Shown here: piece by piece, positions 49,901-62,431 of the stretch
Layout of the letters: every line of letters starts with the position of its first letter
Numbering within the stretch: the first letter of the stretch is position 1
Origin: Phoronis australis
Taxonomy: Eukaryota > Animalia > Phoronida
Assembly (NCBI GenBank): GCA_002633005.1
Contig: NMRA01000741.1
Coordinates: 62,001-126,000 of the forward strand
Direction of reading: 5' to 3'
Length of the DNA: 64,000 nt
Notes under the pieces: generated by a model
Seen by the model: only the letters and a program-made list of their open reading frames with translations
Told to the model about the DNA's origin: nothing
The model's database searches: none
Made by a program: the position numbers and the translations under genes

Positions 49901-52900
49901 GTGGTTTTCAAACAATGATACAATCACATCTGGTAAAAAATGCAAAAATTTTAGAACTAAAAATTTTATTAATTTTCATATGATTTAGTGTTATTTTTCA
50001 CCTCATGTCTTCCTGGGTTTTCACTATAACTTCTAATCAACAAAGTTAGTTGAATTTCGACAAAAAATTGTGAACATTTTGAAAAACTACATAACTGTAC
50101 ATACTGATACAGTAAGGATGTGACTTTGGATCACAAAAACCATTTACCTGTAGTTTGGCAATGTTATTTTCCGCATCCGGTAATAAATCCATCGTTCTTT
50201 TCTTCACTTTGTAAGTGTCCTCTTTCTCTTTGTTCTTCTGTTGTTGTGTGTCTATGTTCTCCTCCATCTTAAAACAAAGAAAAACAATTAATCTCAAAGC
50301 AAATGCAATTCAAGAAAACCTGAAAATAATCTCAAACCTCACTCAGAATTCAGGTTTGTTTAAGAAAACTATGTGCCCAAGGTTGTCACAGGGAGTAAAT
50401 GAGGATTAATCAAGTAAAATTTGGAGATCATCAAGAAATGAAGAAATATATAATGTTCAAAGTATTACTGAATGATTGATAAACAATAATTTAAGAATAA
50501 GTAAGAATTTAGTCTTAATACACATCATATGTTGGTCGCACCACGTAACCTTGAAAAAACCTCTATCCTGACTGGGGCTCAAATCCCGCACTTCTCACAT
50601 ACTGTGCAGAAGCTCTAGTCCACTGAGCCATCGGGACCCCCGGCCAATATACAGAAATCCAGTCAGACCATAATGCGTTGATTTCTAACACCCCAATTAG
50701 ATGATAATTTAAGGATATCTTGCTACCCGAACATGGCAGCTGGGGGAAAACTTTGTTTCTGGTTGTTAGAACTGGATGGCATCAAGAAGTATTTCATTGT
50801 TTTGCGTCTATGGGGTTATGTGAACAATACAACTCCACCATTGTCTCAAAAAGTATGTTCAAATTTTAAACTCTGATAAACTGAATTGATAGACTTTCTT
50901 TCTTTGGTTCCATTAAACACTTGGAAATATTCAAAAGCTGATAACGATGTTGAGTTCATGGAGACATCATAATTATACATCATTTGTTCCATAGCAATTC
51001 TACTCCAATATAAACCTATTTGCTCTCACAATAGTTTAACAATGGTCTAGATTGAAAAACAGTACTGATTCAAAATGCATACTTTCTTAAATTAAATACA
51101 AGTTACCAGATTCTCTGCTTAGAATTTCTATTCAATTTGTACATATGCATATTTGAAGGAAAACTTTACAAGAGACGATTAAATCTTCAAGAGTATCAAA
51201 ACAGGCTCAAGTTTCCTCTTTATTCTTCTAAAGCATATAATGATATTATTAAGCAAAAGGTCTATATTACTATCTAGTCTTGTTGTTATGCTATTATTAA
51301 CAAGTAGTTGATCATTACTCTTCCAGAAAAATGCTACTTAAAGTCAACGCCATTTATTATTGACAAAATCAGCACCCCACCTGTTGAGTATTAGCGGTAA
51401 ACTTTTTGATGTCCATGTCAATATTCTCAAGTTGTGCTGTGATGGTGGACAGTTCTTCCTGCAAGCTCTGCACTTCATCTTCCCGTTTCTTTTGGAGTTC
51501 CTGCAGGTTTAAACCAGTGGTTAGCCTAAGCTGTTACGGCCACATCATGGCAATAGACACTTACGTAAACACAGATAGTGAGAACCAGTTATCCCCACTA
51601 ATAAAGAGCATCAAACTGGTTCTCAAAATCCGGGATCCCTGAAAGTGACTAGAGTACACAGTGCATTCCAGTCCTTAAATCACGTGGAGCTCACATGCTA
51701 AGACAACTGAGTTAAGAAAACATAAGCCACAGAATTATAATAGCTTTGAAACTATTGGCAATACTTAGGAGGTGAACAATGAATTTGTTCAAATAGTGAC
51801 TAAATAGTTGCGTGACGTTAAAACATAATTACTCAGACTGAAGGCCAGTTTGAAGCAGGGGTTTAGTACTGACAAGTGGAACTCCCTGTAACTCTATCAT
51901 GACATTACCTGTGTATTTGTGTAGCATATTCCTTCATTCAGACAAAATGTACCATTGCATACTCAATGAAACAAGGAACTAATACTCAAATACAGTCAGT
52001 CAAAACTTCCTAGGCTTTCCATCCAAAAGTAAACAGTCAACAAATGTAACATTTTTGACATTATCTACTTTTGAAAACCGTTTTCTCATAAGGCATTTCA
52101 CGAAAAAATGATTCAATGAGACCTATTGCTAGTTTGACGCCAATGCAGAGGCAAGCAAAGAGCAACTTGAAGCACGATGCAGAAAGTTTGTCAAGTAAAC
52201 ATACACGTGTAAGACACTTTTAAACTACACTTTGGCACAAAATATCCCTCCATAAAGGAATAACTCTCCTCAACTATGAATGAAAGTACTCTACCCCACC
52301 TATTACATTGAAACATAGCTTACCTCCTCTGTATCTACTTTCACAGGTTCACCAACACCCATCTGTGACGCAATCTTGCTTTCATTCTGGGTCTGCAAAC
52401 AAAAAGACGTTGAAACGCCCATACACAATCCACATTGTTTTAACATTAAAATGAACATTTCTAGAAACATGTTCATATCATGACTACAAGCCTACGAAAG
52501 TGCAAAAATAGTCTCTTCTGAAACTTGCCCTAAAGATGTCATTTATAAATTCAACAGAACTTCAACATTTTGCCAGAACGGGAATTTTCATATTCAGTAT
52601 TTCTTACAAAGGATTCAAAAGTAGCAAGCATGTCAAATCAATTAAAGATTTCAAAAATCTAAATTTTAATTCTCTCAAGAAGAGAACTTCTTTCACAAAA
52701 AACTTATTCAAAGAAATGCGAACTTAAGAAGTAGATGAAAAGCCGATAACAAAACAAAGAATCACAAGTTAAGAAACCCCATCACCGACACGGCTGAAGG
52801 GAGACGTGCATACCTCTGAAAACTGCAACTTCTCCGTGTGAGTGAACCTGGACCCCTTAGTCTTGGTTGAGCTTCCAGCCTTGTCGCTGATGGAGTTGAT

Positions 52901-55900
52901 CAGCTGAATGAGGTCCTGCCCTGCCGTCGTATTGTTGGAAGCCTCGGCCTTCTGCACACTCTGTCGTAACTGAGCCACCAACTTCTTGTGCAGTTTCTCT
53001 TTCTTCTTCGCTCTATACTCCTGCACAACAAATAGATGAGTATCGCATGAGCGTTTTTTCTTAAAGCGGCAGTGAACCCGTGTACCATTAAAGAAACCGA
53101 ATTTTGATTTAGATCACTTGCTGCTACACAATTTGATTTCGACTTTTTCCTTACTCAAATGAGAAGGGGATTTTAGATCTTGCAAAGAATTAGTTTCTTA
53201 TTACAAAAGACCGAATAAAGTTAGACGCCATGACAAGTCAAAGTATAAAGTCTGGTCCATTTTAACAGAGAGACAATTTGAGAACAATTTCATCAGGGTA
53301 TGACTTGTGATCTAAATCAAAAAAGGACACAAGGCAGCTTTTATAGGCAGGGTTGGCCAACCCATCCAAAATTGGGATACTTCATATCAATTGCAGGTGA
53401 TCTCTCAATTTTATTTGATGGTTGAAACCAATTGTTAATACGAGAAGAAAACTTTTGAGGCCAGAGCCCAGGGCTTAATCTCTGTACTCGAAACTCGACA
53501 AGAAAAACAAAGCTTTTCACAGTATTTCCATTGCGTCACCATTAATGACATCAGCACCTTCTCAGACAATCTGGACGCCAGTCCATCTCTGTTCCACTCG
53601 TTCTCCCACTCCTGAGCTGCGGACACTTCTCGAGCATTCACTTCCAAAATGGATGGTGACACCTCCTCGTGTCTGGTTGGCTGTTTTGTGATTAGAGGCA
53701 TGTCTTTGTGATAGTATACTTTTAAACCTTAAAACGAAACAATAAATGGGTGAGGTGACTTTTTTCTTTGAAGATATGGACAACTCAACAAAAAGATGGT
53801 AACACAGCATTAGATCAGAACCAATTATCACTTTTTTGCCACAAAAACAGTTCTGAACAGTGGCTTGCCTCTTAATACAATATGCCTTTAAAACGTGCAA
53901 AGCAATTACACTAAATACAGATAAACTAAAGAAATCTTGCTGACTCACTCTTTGGTATTTTCTTTGTCAAGTCGCCTAAACCCTGAGGGCTGGTTACTGG
54001 GTACGTTCGTAGAAGGTGGGTGAACTTTTGACCCTGAATACAAAATAAATACATGATGTTCATCTCATTACAAAGGAAAATACCTAAAGCCCGCTGCATT
54101 ATCATTGAAAGAATTTTTGCTATAATCTGTACTAAGGATTGAACTAAAAAGCTGACCATCTTCTGATCAACCATGCTTGAAGTAAACTTTCAAATTTCAT
54201 GCTGACTTGATCGGTAAATACTGGTCTCACTAATGTATCTAGCAATTTTGAAAGTTCTGTACCACCAAATGAAAAGACATCAGCATAGAAAACTTGTAAA
54301 GGAATGCCCGTTACAGACTTTAAAATGGTCTCCTGGGTTGTGTTATTGGAGCGTGTTACTCACTTTTAAGTGATTTAAAGATCTGATCCAAAGTAATACG
54401 GCAAAATCTCACCAATATATAGGACACAATATGACAGACAAGGGAAATTTTTATTTTTTCATTTTTGCACAAAAGATGCGTAGCACTTAAAGAATGCTGA
54501 GTCATATTCAAATTCTGTACCAATGGCTGCCGTAAGACAATGTTTTGAAAAATATTGAACATTCACAATGTTAGAACTTGTTTAAAAATGTCAGTTATGT
54601 CAATGACTTTCATCTGGTAGTGGTGAAAGTTCTCTCCCATCAAAGAGAAGAACCTTTCCAAGGAATCCCCCTTACAGACTTAGAGATGGTCACCAGGGGG
54701 ATCTAGTTATACGAATGTTCACCAGGGGGTTCTAGTTCTAGGAATGTTCACCAGGGGGTTCTAGTTATAAGAATGCATTACCCACTTAAATTTGACCCAA
54801 AACAATAGGTGTGTTAGTTACCTCTCTGGTCCAGGAAGCAGGCTTCCCTCTCCACACAATGCTGTTTGATTTACAGTAAGGTGGAGTCCATGGACTAGAT
54901 AGACGGCGAGACAAGTCTGAGGAAATAGCACGTTGGAGGAGCACAGAAGAACCTGAAAATGTTCACAAAATGACAAGATAGCAACACATATCCCACCAAG
55001 AATAATAGAACTCATCAAATTTATCAACTGGCCCTCACATCAGGAAGATGCTATAATTTTTAGCCTTGACTTTGAGAGTAAATCAAAACCTCAAATAACA
55101 ACAGAAAAATTCCATTGTGTTGATCTTAATTAATTTTCTATTAATAACGTAGCTAAAATTGAATCCATTTCATTGTTGACGGATCCACAATTTTGAGCAT
55201 AGGAAGGTTTGCACATCCACGTCACAACCCAATAACGGCTGAACGCATTTTTGACAACTGAAGGAAAGTTGTCTGCCACAAGTTTAGACAAAAGGTTAAG
55301 TTTACCCAGAGTTTCTTCCACTGCTTCTGAACTGTCTTTTGGTAAATTTTCAATGAGAAACATGAGAACTCTGCGAACTTCAGCCTCGTTGGAGTAAAGA
55401 AAAGTCTGGTATCCAATCTCTCCTCGGTATCCAATCGCCTAAAAATTACACAATCAGAATATTTGAAGCCTCGATGAACAAGTCTTTACTGATTTTCAAA
55501 GTCAATAAGACCTTAACGCTGTTATAAACCTATTTTCTGCCAAAGAAACAAATCTTTGATTTACACCACTTTCCATTTAAAAACTAGTTTGAACTTGTTC
55601 TTTATTCAGTTGAGAAGCAGTATCTGGCTGTCAAGAGAACAGACAGTCCGTTCATGCTCAAGAGCATGTTGACTTCTTAGCCTGGTGTCAAACATTAGCA
55701 ACCTGTCAGTACTTTTAAAGCCAAGAAAGCACCACTAACTTTAGTACAATCAATTTCAAATCTGTAAGTGGTCTATGTCTAAAGATTTTTACAGCAGGTG
55801 GGCATAGCAGCTCTATCTACTGTTCTACAGACTACAGATAAATTTTTTATCAAATTACTAATAGTTACCAAAGCAGCAGTTTGGTTGCAGCTTAAAATTC

Positions 55901-56892
55901 TTGACTGATGAATTATAGATTTGACTTATAGTTAGACTATTCAAATGCATAGCCTACATACCAACACAGCATTGGCCAAGCTTGTGCCAACTCTGAACTT
56001 GGCCGACATCCCCGGAGGCAGGCTGTGCGGAAGATCTGTCTCATGGTTGATCAGCTTCAGGCAACGTGCTGCAGCATCCACCACCTGATCTACAGTGAAC
56101 TGCTTCAAAGACTGTACGTCATCTTCTATGTCACTGAAATACCCAATGAAATAACAATGAAGCCGTTAAAAACAGTGTAGTTGATGTGCTGTATTGTCAT
56201 TCAGTCGATTGGGGTTGGTTCAATGACGCCTCAGAAACAGCTGTGGTGCAAACTCAGGGTTTTCAGGTATTGTAAACTGGATACGCTTTTATAACAGACT
56301 ATTAGCAGGAAGACAATTTCTTCTTCCTGCCACATACCCATGCTGTTTGGGTTATTGACCAGGAAATGAAAAACCATGCCTTGTTATTTTAACACCACCA
56401 GCTTAATGTTTACTGGCTTAAAACTGCACGTCATTTGGCGAACAAACAGTTATGGTTTACCCAAGAATTTCGACAGATCAGAGTGGGCACACTCAGGACG
56501 GTCTTATCACAATAACATAGCATTATGTGCTGGACATAGGCAGAGACAAGGTTGTAGTGATTCACTTCAACAACAGACCCAAACGTAGCTTGATGTGTTT
56601 CAAGCGGTGAGTGGAGTTAGCTTTATTTCTGTGACATTCATTGCCCAACAACAGCCCATGCCTGGCCATTCATTCGTCTACCTCTTCATCAATCATACAA
56701 GTTCAACTTGCCAGTTACTCAGAGTGTGACCGTTCATCCGAAACTAACATTTGGCACATTCTTATTTGTTCATAGCTACATGCAAGCAATGCTTAATACT
56801 AGTTCCTCTATGGTTGAGACACAGAAGTATACTGGACCCTACCAGCCAATAGACCGCAAATTCAGGATAATGATGTTATCCACCTCCTCCAT
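43963..56892 (-). CDS. CCDC22: Coiled-coil domain-containing protein 22 (CCC/Commander complex), 642 aa; exons 56892-56843, 56133-55962, 55438-55306, 54952-54822, 54033-53949, 53727-53558, 53020-52814, 52392-52324, 51500-51381, 50267-50148, 49179-49063, 48750-48649, 48004-47897, 46702-46607, 45675-45541, 44076-43963
   Basis: 16 GT-AG exons total 1929 nt in frame. Motifs: MEEVDNIIILNLRSIG, LPPGMSAKFRVGTSLA, GYRGEIGYQTFLYSNEAEVRRVLMFLIENLP, KGSRFTHTEKLQF, LLPDAENNIAKLQ, LASQWEKHRAPL, RSAYTRRILEIVGNIKKQKEDI, GKLDRTFTVTDELIFKDAKKDESVRKAYKYLAALHENC. Confidence 0.97.
44762..45113. repeat. 17-bp minisatellite (cactacttaaacacatg)n spanning an assembly gap (N 44819-44957)
   Basis: The same unit repeats on both sides of the N run. 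Confidence 0.95.
45201..45401 (+). mobile_element. tRNA-derived SINE with 16-bp TSD
   Basis: A box tggcttagtgg and degenerate B box ggattcagatcc. Flanked by atatgcgagtaagact (45185-45200) and atatgcaagtaagact (45402-45417). Confidence 0.8.
46192..46501 (+). mobile_element. ~285-bp GC-rich structured retroposon (SINE-like or 5'-truncated LINE) with 12-bp TSD
   Basis: agggcctttagc flanks both sides (46192-46203, 46490-46501). The 3' end has a hairpin cctgtc-cgt-gacagg followed by (acaggtatt) repeats. There are several internal stems and no clear Pol III A/B box. Confidence 0.75.
47650..47880 (+). repeat. Dispersed repeat, second copy at ~35640-35860
   Basis: Both loci share the blocks taatcagacaaaat, acgagggaa(a/g)gcta..tgatga and cattttgt..aatactt. 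Confidence 0.6.
50530..50641 (-). mobile_element. tRNA-derived SINE head
   Basis: Reverse complement ggggtcccgatggctcagtggactagagc...gcgggatttgagccccagtc has an A box and a degenerate B box. It cannot form a valid acceptor stem. Confidence 0.6.
53102..53322. repeat. 16-bp perfect inverted repeat enclosing ~190 bp (MITE-like)
   Basis: ttttgatttagatcac (53102-53117) / gtgatctaaatcaaaa (53307-53322). Confidence 0.6.
54690..54776. repeat. 29-bp tandem repeat, 3 copies
   Basis: tcaccagggg(g)(a/t)tctagtt.ta.gaatg repeated three times. Confidence 0.85.
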
Positions 56893-57241
56893 TTTCCGTG
56901 TCACATGACTTCCAGAAAACGTTTTGTCACACCACTACTATTTTATATCGAGTATTTATTTATTTGCAAAAAAAAAATATAAAAACAATATAAAACTAAT
57001 AAATTTTCAATTTTAGTATGAAAATACTTCTCTATGTCCCTTTTGATGCAGTTTTAATAGAAATAATTAATGTTAGCCTCATGGAAAACTAGAAAAATGG
57101 CGGCCTTTATTGAACTGTTTAAAATGTAAACAGACTTGTCGATAACTTAAAAGCTCGCAAAATAGCTCTTGATCGTCTTATCCTGCCGGTATTTGTTAAA
57201 TTTATCTGAAATCTATGTGAAAGATTCACTTCAAGACAAAA
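56893..57241. promoter_or_regulatory. Bidirectional promoter shared by CCDC22 and SCLT1
   Basis: Only 349 bp separate the divergent start codons. There is an AT-rich core and a YY1 consensus aaaatggcggc at 57094-57104. Confidence 0.75.
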
Positions 57242-60200
57242 ATGGCTTCAGAAGAAGTGTTATTTTTGAGAGATCAAGGTAAAAATTAGTTACATTCTGT
57301 CAATGCCAGAGGCAGAGAGAGTGTCAGTTCAATCGGTGGTCACTGGTCGGATGTTGCAGTCGCTGATGGGGTCGAATCTTGGTCGTCGACTGATCCACCA
57401 AAGAGTAATTTGTCATGACTTAGCGATTTAGAGAGACCTATATATACACGTATGTCACACCTCAAACTGGAAATCCGCAATAATGCAAAATGGTCCTTTG
57501 TTGTTCTGCCTAACCTTTTCATTTTCTAATCTTGAGAGTGATCATGCAGTGCACACTTGATAGGAATGCAACAATTTAATGTGATGGTTGCTGCAGCAGC
57601 TGGATGTATTGGCCAAGAACAATTGATAGTTGTATGAACAGGTAATCCATGAAGTTCTGCTACACCAATTCATTGCAGCTAAGTCTGCTTAACTAGAAAT
57701 AGACCTGCTCCTGTCAGACACATGCATTGTAAAATGAGCTTTGTAGGTTTCAATAGCAATTTTCATGTGAGAATCATTGCTTCCTCTATGAATGACACAG
57801 CTATTCACTGAGTGCACTTAATTTCATTATACTTGGGTCTGTGCACTCTGAGATGCGACTCCCAATGTGAAAATGTATATTTGTAGGTGTTTTCATCAAT
57901 TTGTCTAGGCAATATGTAGCCCCTCGGTTGGCTGGTTAGGGGCTAAAATACTTCCCATCGCTTTCTGTGTTAATTTCGTTTTGTGAATTTTCAACGGGCG
58001 GTAGGCGAAATATGCTCAATGATTAAGAGTTTTCACCTCATCAAAAAAACATTCTACACTTAAAACTATATCACTTAGCGAAAGCGCTTACTTTCTTCAG
58101 TGATCCTTTGTACTTCTACGCATATCTTTGATGAAGCTTGGTTACGGGAATTAAGGTGAATTTGGCGAATAACTCCACTTTTTGGTCACCGTTAACTTTT
58201 TCACCGTGTGCATGATAACCACAAAGTATTTCAACTGAGTCACGTGAGTTAGGCAAAGGCTAGCGCGAGACTGAGCAAAGCGCGTGACGCTGTCATGTGA
58301 CACTTGCAAAATAGCATGGGAAGATATCTGGTGAAATTTGTGAGATTTGTGTCCTTAGACTTTTTATTCGTCGACATGCATGATTTCCTTAAAATGGCAC
58401 CCGGTGAGAAAAACTCGAGCAAACTGCGACAGATTTTCATGGATATGTTCAAGTTATGCTGACTAAATTATATCCAGAGTCCTGGTATGTGTTAATTATA
58501 ACTCCCATGTGCCTATGTATGTTCCATTCAATTTTATTTGCTGTATTTTGAAATGAGTAACTTTCTATAGGGATATACTATCGTCCCTGTATGCCTGCGG
58601 CATTCAGGGGATTTAATTGCCTACAATTTGTCATTTTTACCCTTTTTGGTTGTGCGTTACAAATGTTGAATGTACCCGATTCAGTAGAGATATCATTTGG
58701 AGTCTGCGTGTGTATTTGTGCAAAAGCTCTTCTAAGCACTTTCAGGTAAATGTTCATTCTTTATTGCAGTTCAGAGACTGAACACTGTCCTGTCCGAGTA
58801 CCAGAAACAGTACGCTTCCTTCACACCATCCCACAATGCTTTATCCTTGGCCGACGTCCCTTCGGCACCTTGGCTGATTGACAAGAGGTACAAGTAATTT
58901 CCTGTTTTTACCATGGTGTTCTGTGCCTTCAGCAAAATCTTATCAAAATATTTTCTAAAATGGTTCTTTTTATGGTTTTTCTGAGAGTTTCAACATTAAT
59001 GTCTGTACCCACAAGTTTTTGAAACTCCTACGATCAGAAGATATTGTTGAATAAATCTCAATGCAATGAAAACTTTCTTTGCTTTGACTTGTGAAATGTG
59101 GCTTGAGTACTTTTCAATTAACTTTCTTTTTTCTTCTTGCTCTTTTTTGGGCATGATGTATCAAGACATCTGGAAAGTTTGGAAACTCTTGTAATATTCA
59201 ATGTTATAATGTAGGAGTGTGCTGTTGTATTAGCTAAAAAAATACAATCTTACGTCCAAGTATAAAACAATATTTTTAACTTACGGTTCTGTTTTCTTAT
59301 GCAGGGAGTGTAAAATCATACAAAACATCTGCGTTAACTTTATGATTATTTCATCGTTTTTCAAATTCATGTTTGCAGCTTGATAGCTCCACTTATAGCT
59401 GAGTATGAGATGGTTTTTCAGCAACTGAAGGAAGAAAATGACAAATACAAGGTAAGAAAACATTTCTGCTACATCCGTTCATTATAAAACATTTTTTTTT
59501 CATTTTAATGATTGCTTCACCTGTTTTATTGTTCATTGAAAAATTATTTGCACATTTTTCGTGACAAATATGATAATGGTCTGCAGCCGTCTCATTGTGA
59601 AATCTGCTTTCCAAGTTGGCACCATGTGGTGTTGTTTGTTATTTCGTACTTTGTCCTTTATTTTTGCAATAAATGTTTACTAAAATAAAAAGAAATAAAA
59701 ATAGAATCCCGGCTCATTTCGCCTGGCATCTGGTGACCTTTTTTTGTAAATATTGACAACTAAAAACAGTTATGCTATTTTTTGGCCTTAGATGTTAAAT
59801 TTTGTGCTGCTTTTGTTCTTAGGATTCATGTATTTGTTCCAACCACAATGATGATGCTCTTTGTAATTACCTCCTACGTTTCATATTCCAATGTCTAGTT
59901 TAGATTTGGGTTGCAACGAATGTGAATGCAGTCTGGTTATTTGTAGGAAGAAATCAAGAACTTGTCTCAGCACGTTGATCAGCTGGTGTCCGAGAATAAA
60001 AGGTACATTTCTGTCGTATGAAAACTTGTACTTGCACAAGTCGAGTGAATTATTTATAAGTTTTCCTTAAATAGGGGATACATTATGGATGCAGTAATGC
60101 AATCATTTGTTAGCTCTGTATTGTAACTCATTGTTGAATTTTAATGAATGTTTTTAACAAAGTAAATACCTCTATTTCGTGCGATGGTTATTACATGGTT

Positions 60201-62368
60201 GTGTTTCCATGACATGCCATTGAAACAACTGAAGTGAATGTTACTGGCAAAAACAGGATGGGTGAAAAGAAACTAGGCTGTAAAAAACAGTAATACAGTC
60301 ATTCCTATTTCAAATTTATTGAAACAAATAATCCATGTACTTTGTGACATGCAAAATGAAAGGAAACCTTCATACTTCAAACAAACTTTTGAAGATAATT
60401 GTCTGAGGTATTGAAAACCTGAATACAGGTCTCCAAGTCCTCGAGTGTGCAAGATTTTAAGTTGCAGATCTGTTTTGTGTAATCTCACAGGTAAAAATCA
60501 CATGAGTGAGACCTGGAGGTCATTTATGAGGTCCACATTGTCCCATCCAATGTCCTGTAAAATGTTAGTCTAACTGCACACGCTTGTCTGAGTAAACACA
60601 GAATGGGTTGTATGGAAAATATCACCATAATACTATGTGTGCCATACATACCATTACTGTAGTCTGCAAGAAATTCCCATCAGTTTTATTTGTTTAAAAA
60701 CTGTTTTCGTCGTAACTTTATTGACAACAAAAATTCTATTAGCGAATTTTGATGTCAGGTTACTTTTCACCCACCCTGTATAACTGGATTCCATTTAATT
60801 TCACTTGTAACTTGCAAGACACTTCCAACATGATGTCCTATGTACTGGTAACAATAAGAGTTGTATTTGTTTTCTCCCATAATTCATTAGTCCGGCATAG
60901 TCTTGCTGTCACTGTCAAGAGCTGCCATTAAATTACCCTGATCTCGACGAAATTGCAATCTTACCTAAATGAAGGCACTAATTGAATAATCGATTGTCCC
61001 TTGTGTGTTTTCAGATTAACACGCGAATTGAAAGATACCGTTCAGACTAAACTAGAGGAATATGACGTAGAAGCCCTGCAGCCCAGTACTGTGGACGATC
61101 AGATGTTGTACAATTTTCAGACTCAGTTGCAATTGGCGCTACAGGTTTGTGTAGTTCTGTCGTCAATTATTGTGCAAATGCATTGTTGTTCGTGTTAATG
61201 TTGTTGTTGTTGTTGATGNNNNNNNNNNNTAAGTTTTCCTTAAATAGGGGATACATTATGGATGCAGTAATGCAATCATTTGTTAGCTCTGTATTGTAAC
61301 TCATTGTTGAATTTTAATTAATGTTTTTAACAAAGTAAATACCTCTATTTCGTGCGATGGTTATTACATGGTTGTGTTCCCATGACATGCCATTGAAACA
61401 ACTGAAGTGCAAAAACAAGATGGATGAAAAGGAACTAGGCTGTAAAAATCAGTTATAAAGTCATTCCTATTTCAAATTTATTGAAACAAATAATCCATGT
61501 ACTTTGTGACATGCAAAATGAAAGAAAACCTTCATACTTCAAACAAACTTTTGAAGGTCGTTGTCTGAGGTATTGAAAACCTGAATACAGGTCTCCAAGT
61601 CCTCGAGTGTGCAAGATTTTAAGTTGCAGATCTGTTTTGTGTAACCTCACAGGTAAAAATCAGATGAGTGAGACCTGGAGGTCATTCATGAGGTACACAT
61701 TGTCCCATCCAATGTCCTGTAAAATGTTAGTCTAACTTCACACGCTTGTCTGAGTAAACACAGAATGGGTTGTATGGAAAATATCACCATAATACTATGT
61801 GTGCCATAGATACCATTACCGTAGTCTGCAAGAAATTCCCATCAGTTTTATTTGTTTAAAGACTGTTTTCATCGTAACTTCATTGACAACAAAAATTCTA
61901 TAAGCGAATTTTGATGTCAGGTTACTTTTCACCCACCCTGTATAACTGGATTCCATTTAATTTCACTTGTAACTTGCAAGACACTTCCAACATGATGTCC
62001 TAGGTTATATACTGGTAACAATAAGAGTTGTATTTGTTTTCTCCCATAATTCATTAGTCCGGCATAGTCTTGCTGTCACTGTCAAGAGCTGCCATTAAAT
62101 TACCCTGATCTCGACGAAATTGCAATCTTACCTAAATGAAGGCACTAATTGAATAATCGATTGTCCCTTGTGTGTTTTCAGATTAACACGCGAATTGAAA
62201 GATACCGTTCAGACTAAGCTGGAGGAATATGACGTAGAAGCCCTGCAGCCCAGTACTGTGGACGATCAGATGTTGTACAATTTTCAGACTCAGTTGCAAT
62301 TGGCGCTACAGGTTTGTGTAGTTCTGTCATCAATTATTGTGCAAATGCATTGTTGTTGTTCCTGTTAA

Positions 62369-62431
<63 letters not shown>

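Noticed and set aside
58376-58403. Alternative SCLT1 first exon MHDFLKMAP
   Set aside because: It is phase-compatible, but the 57242 exon (FLRDQ) matches SCLT1 far better and there is no support without transcripts.
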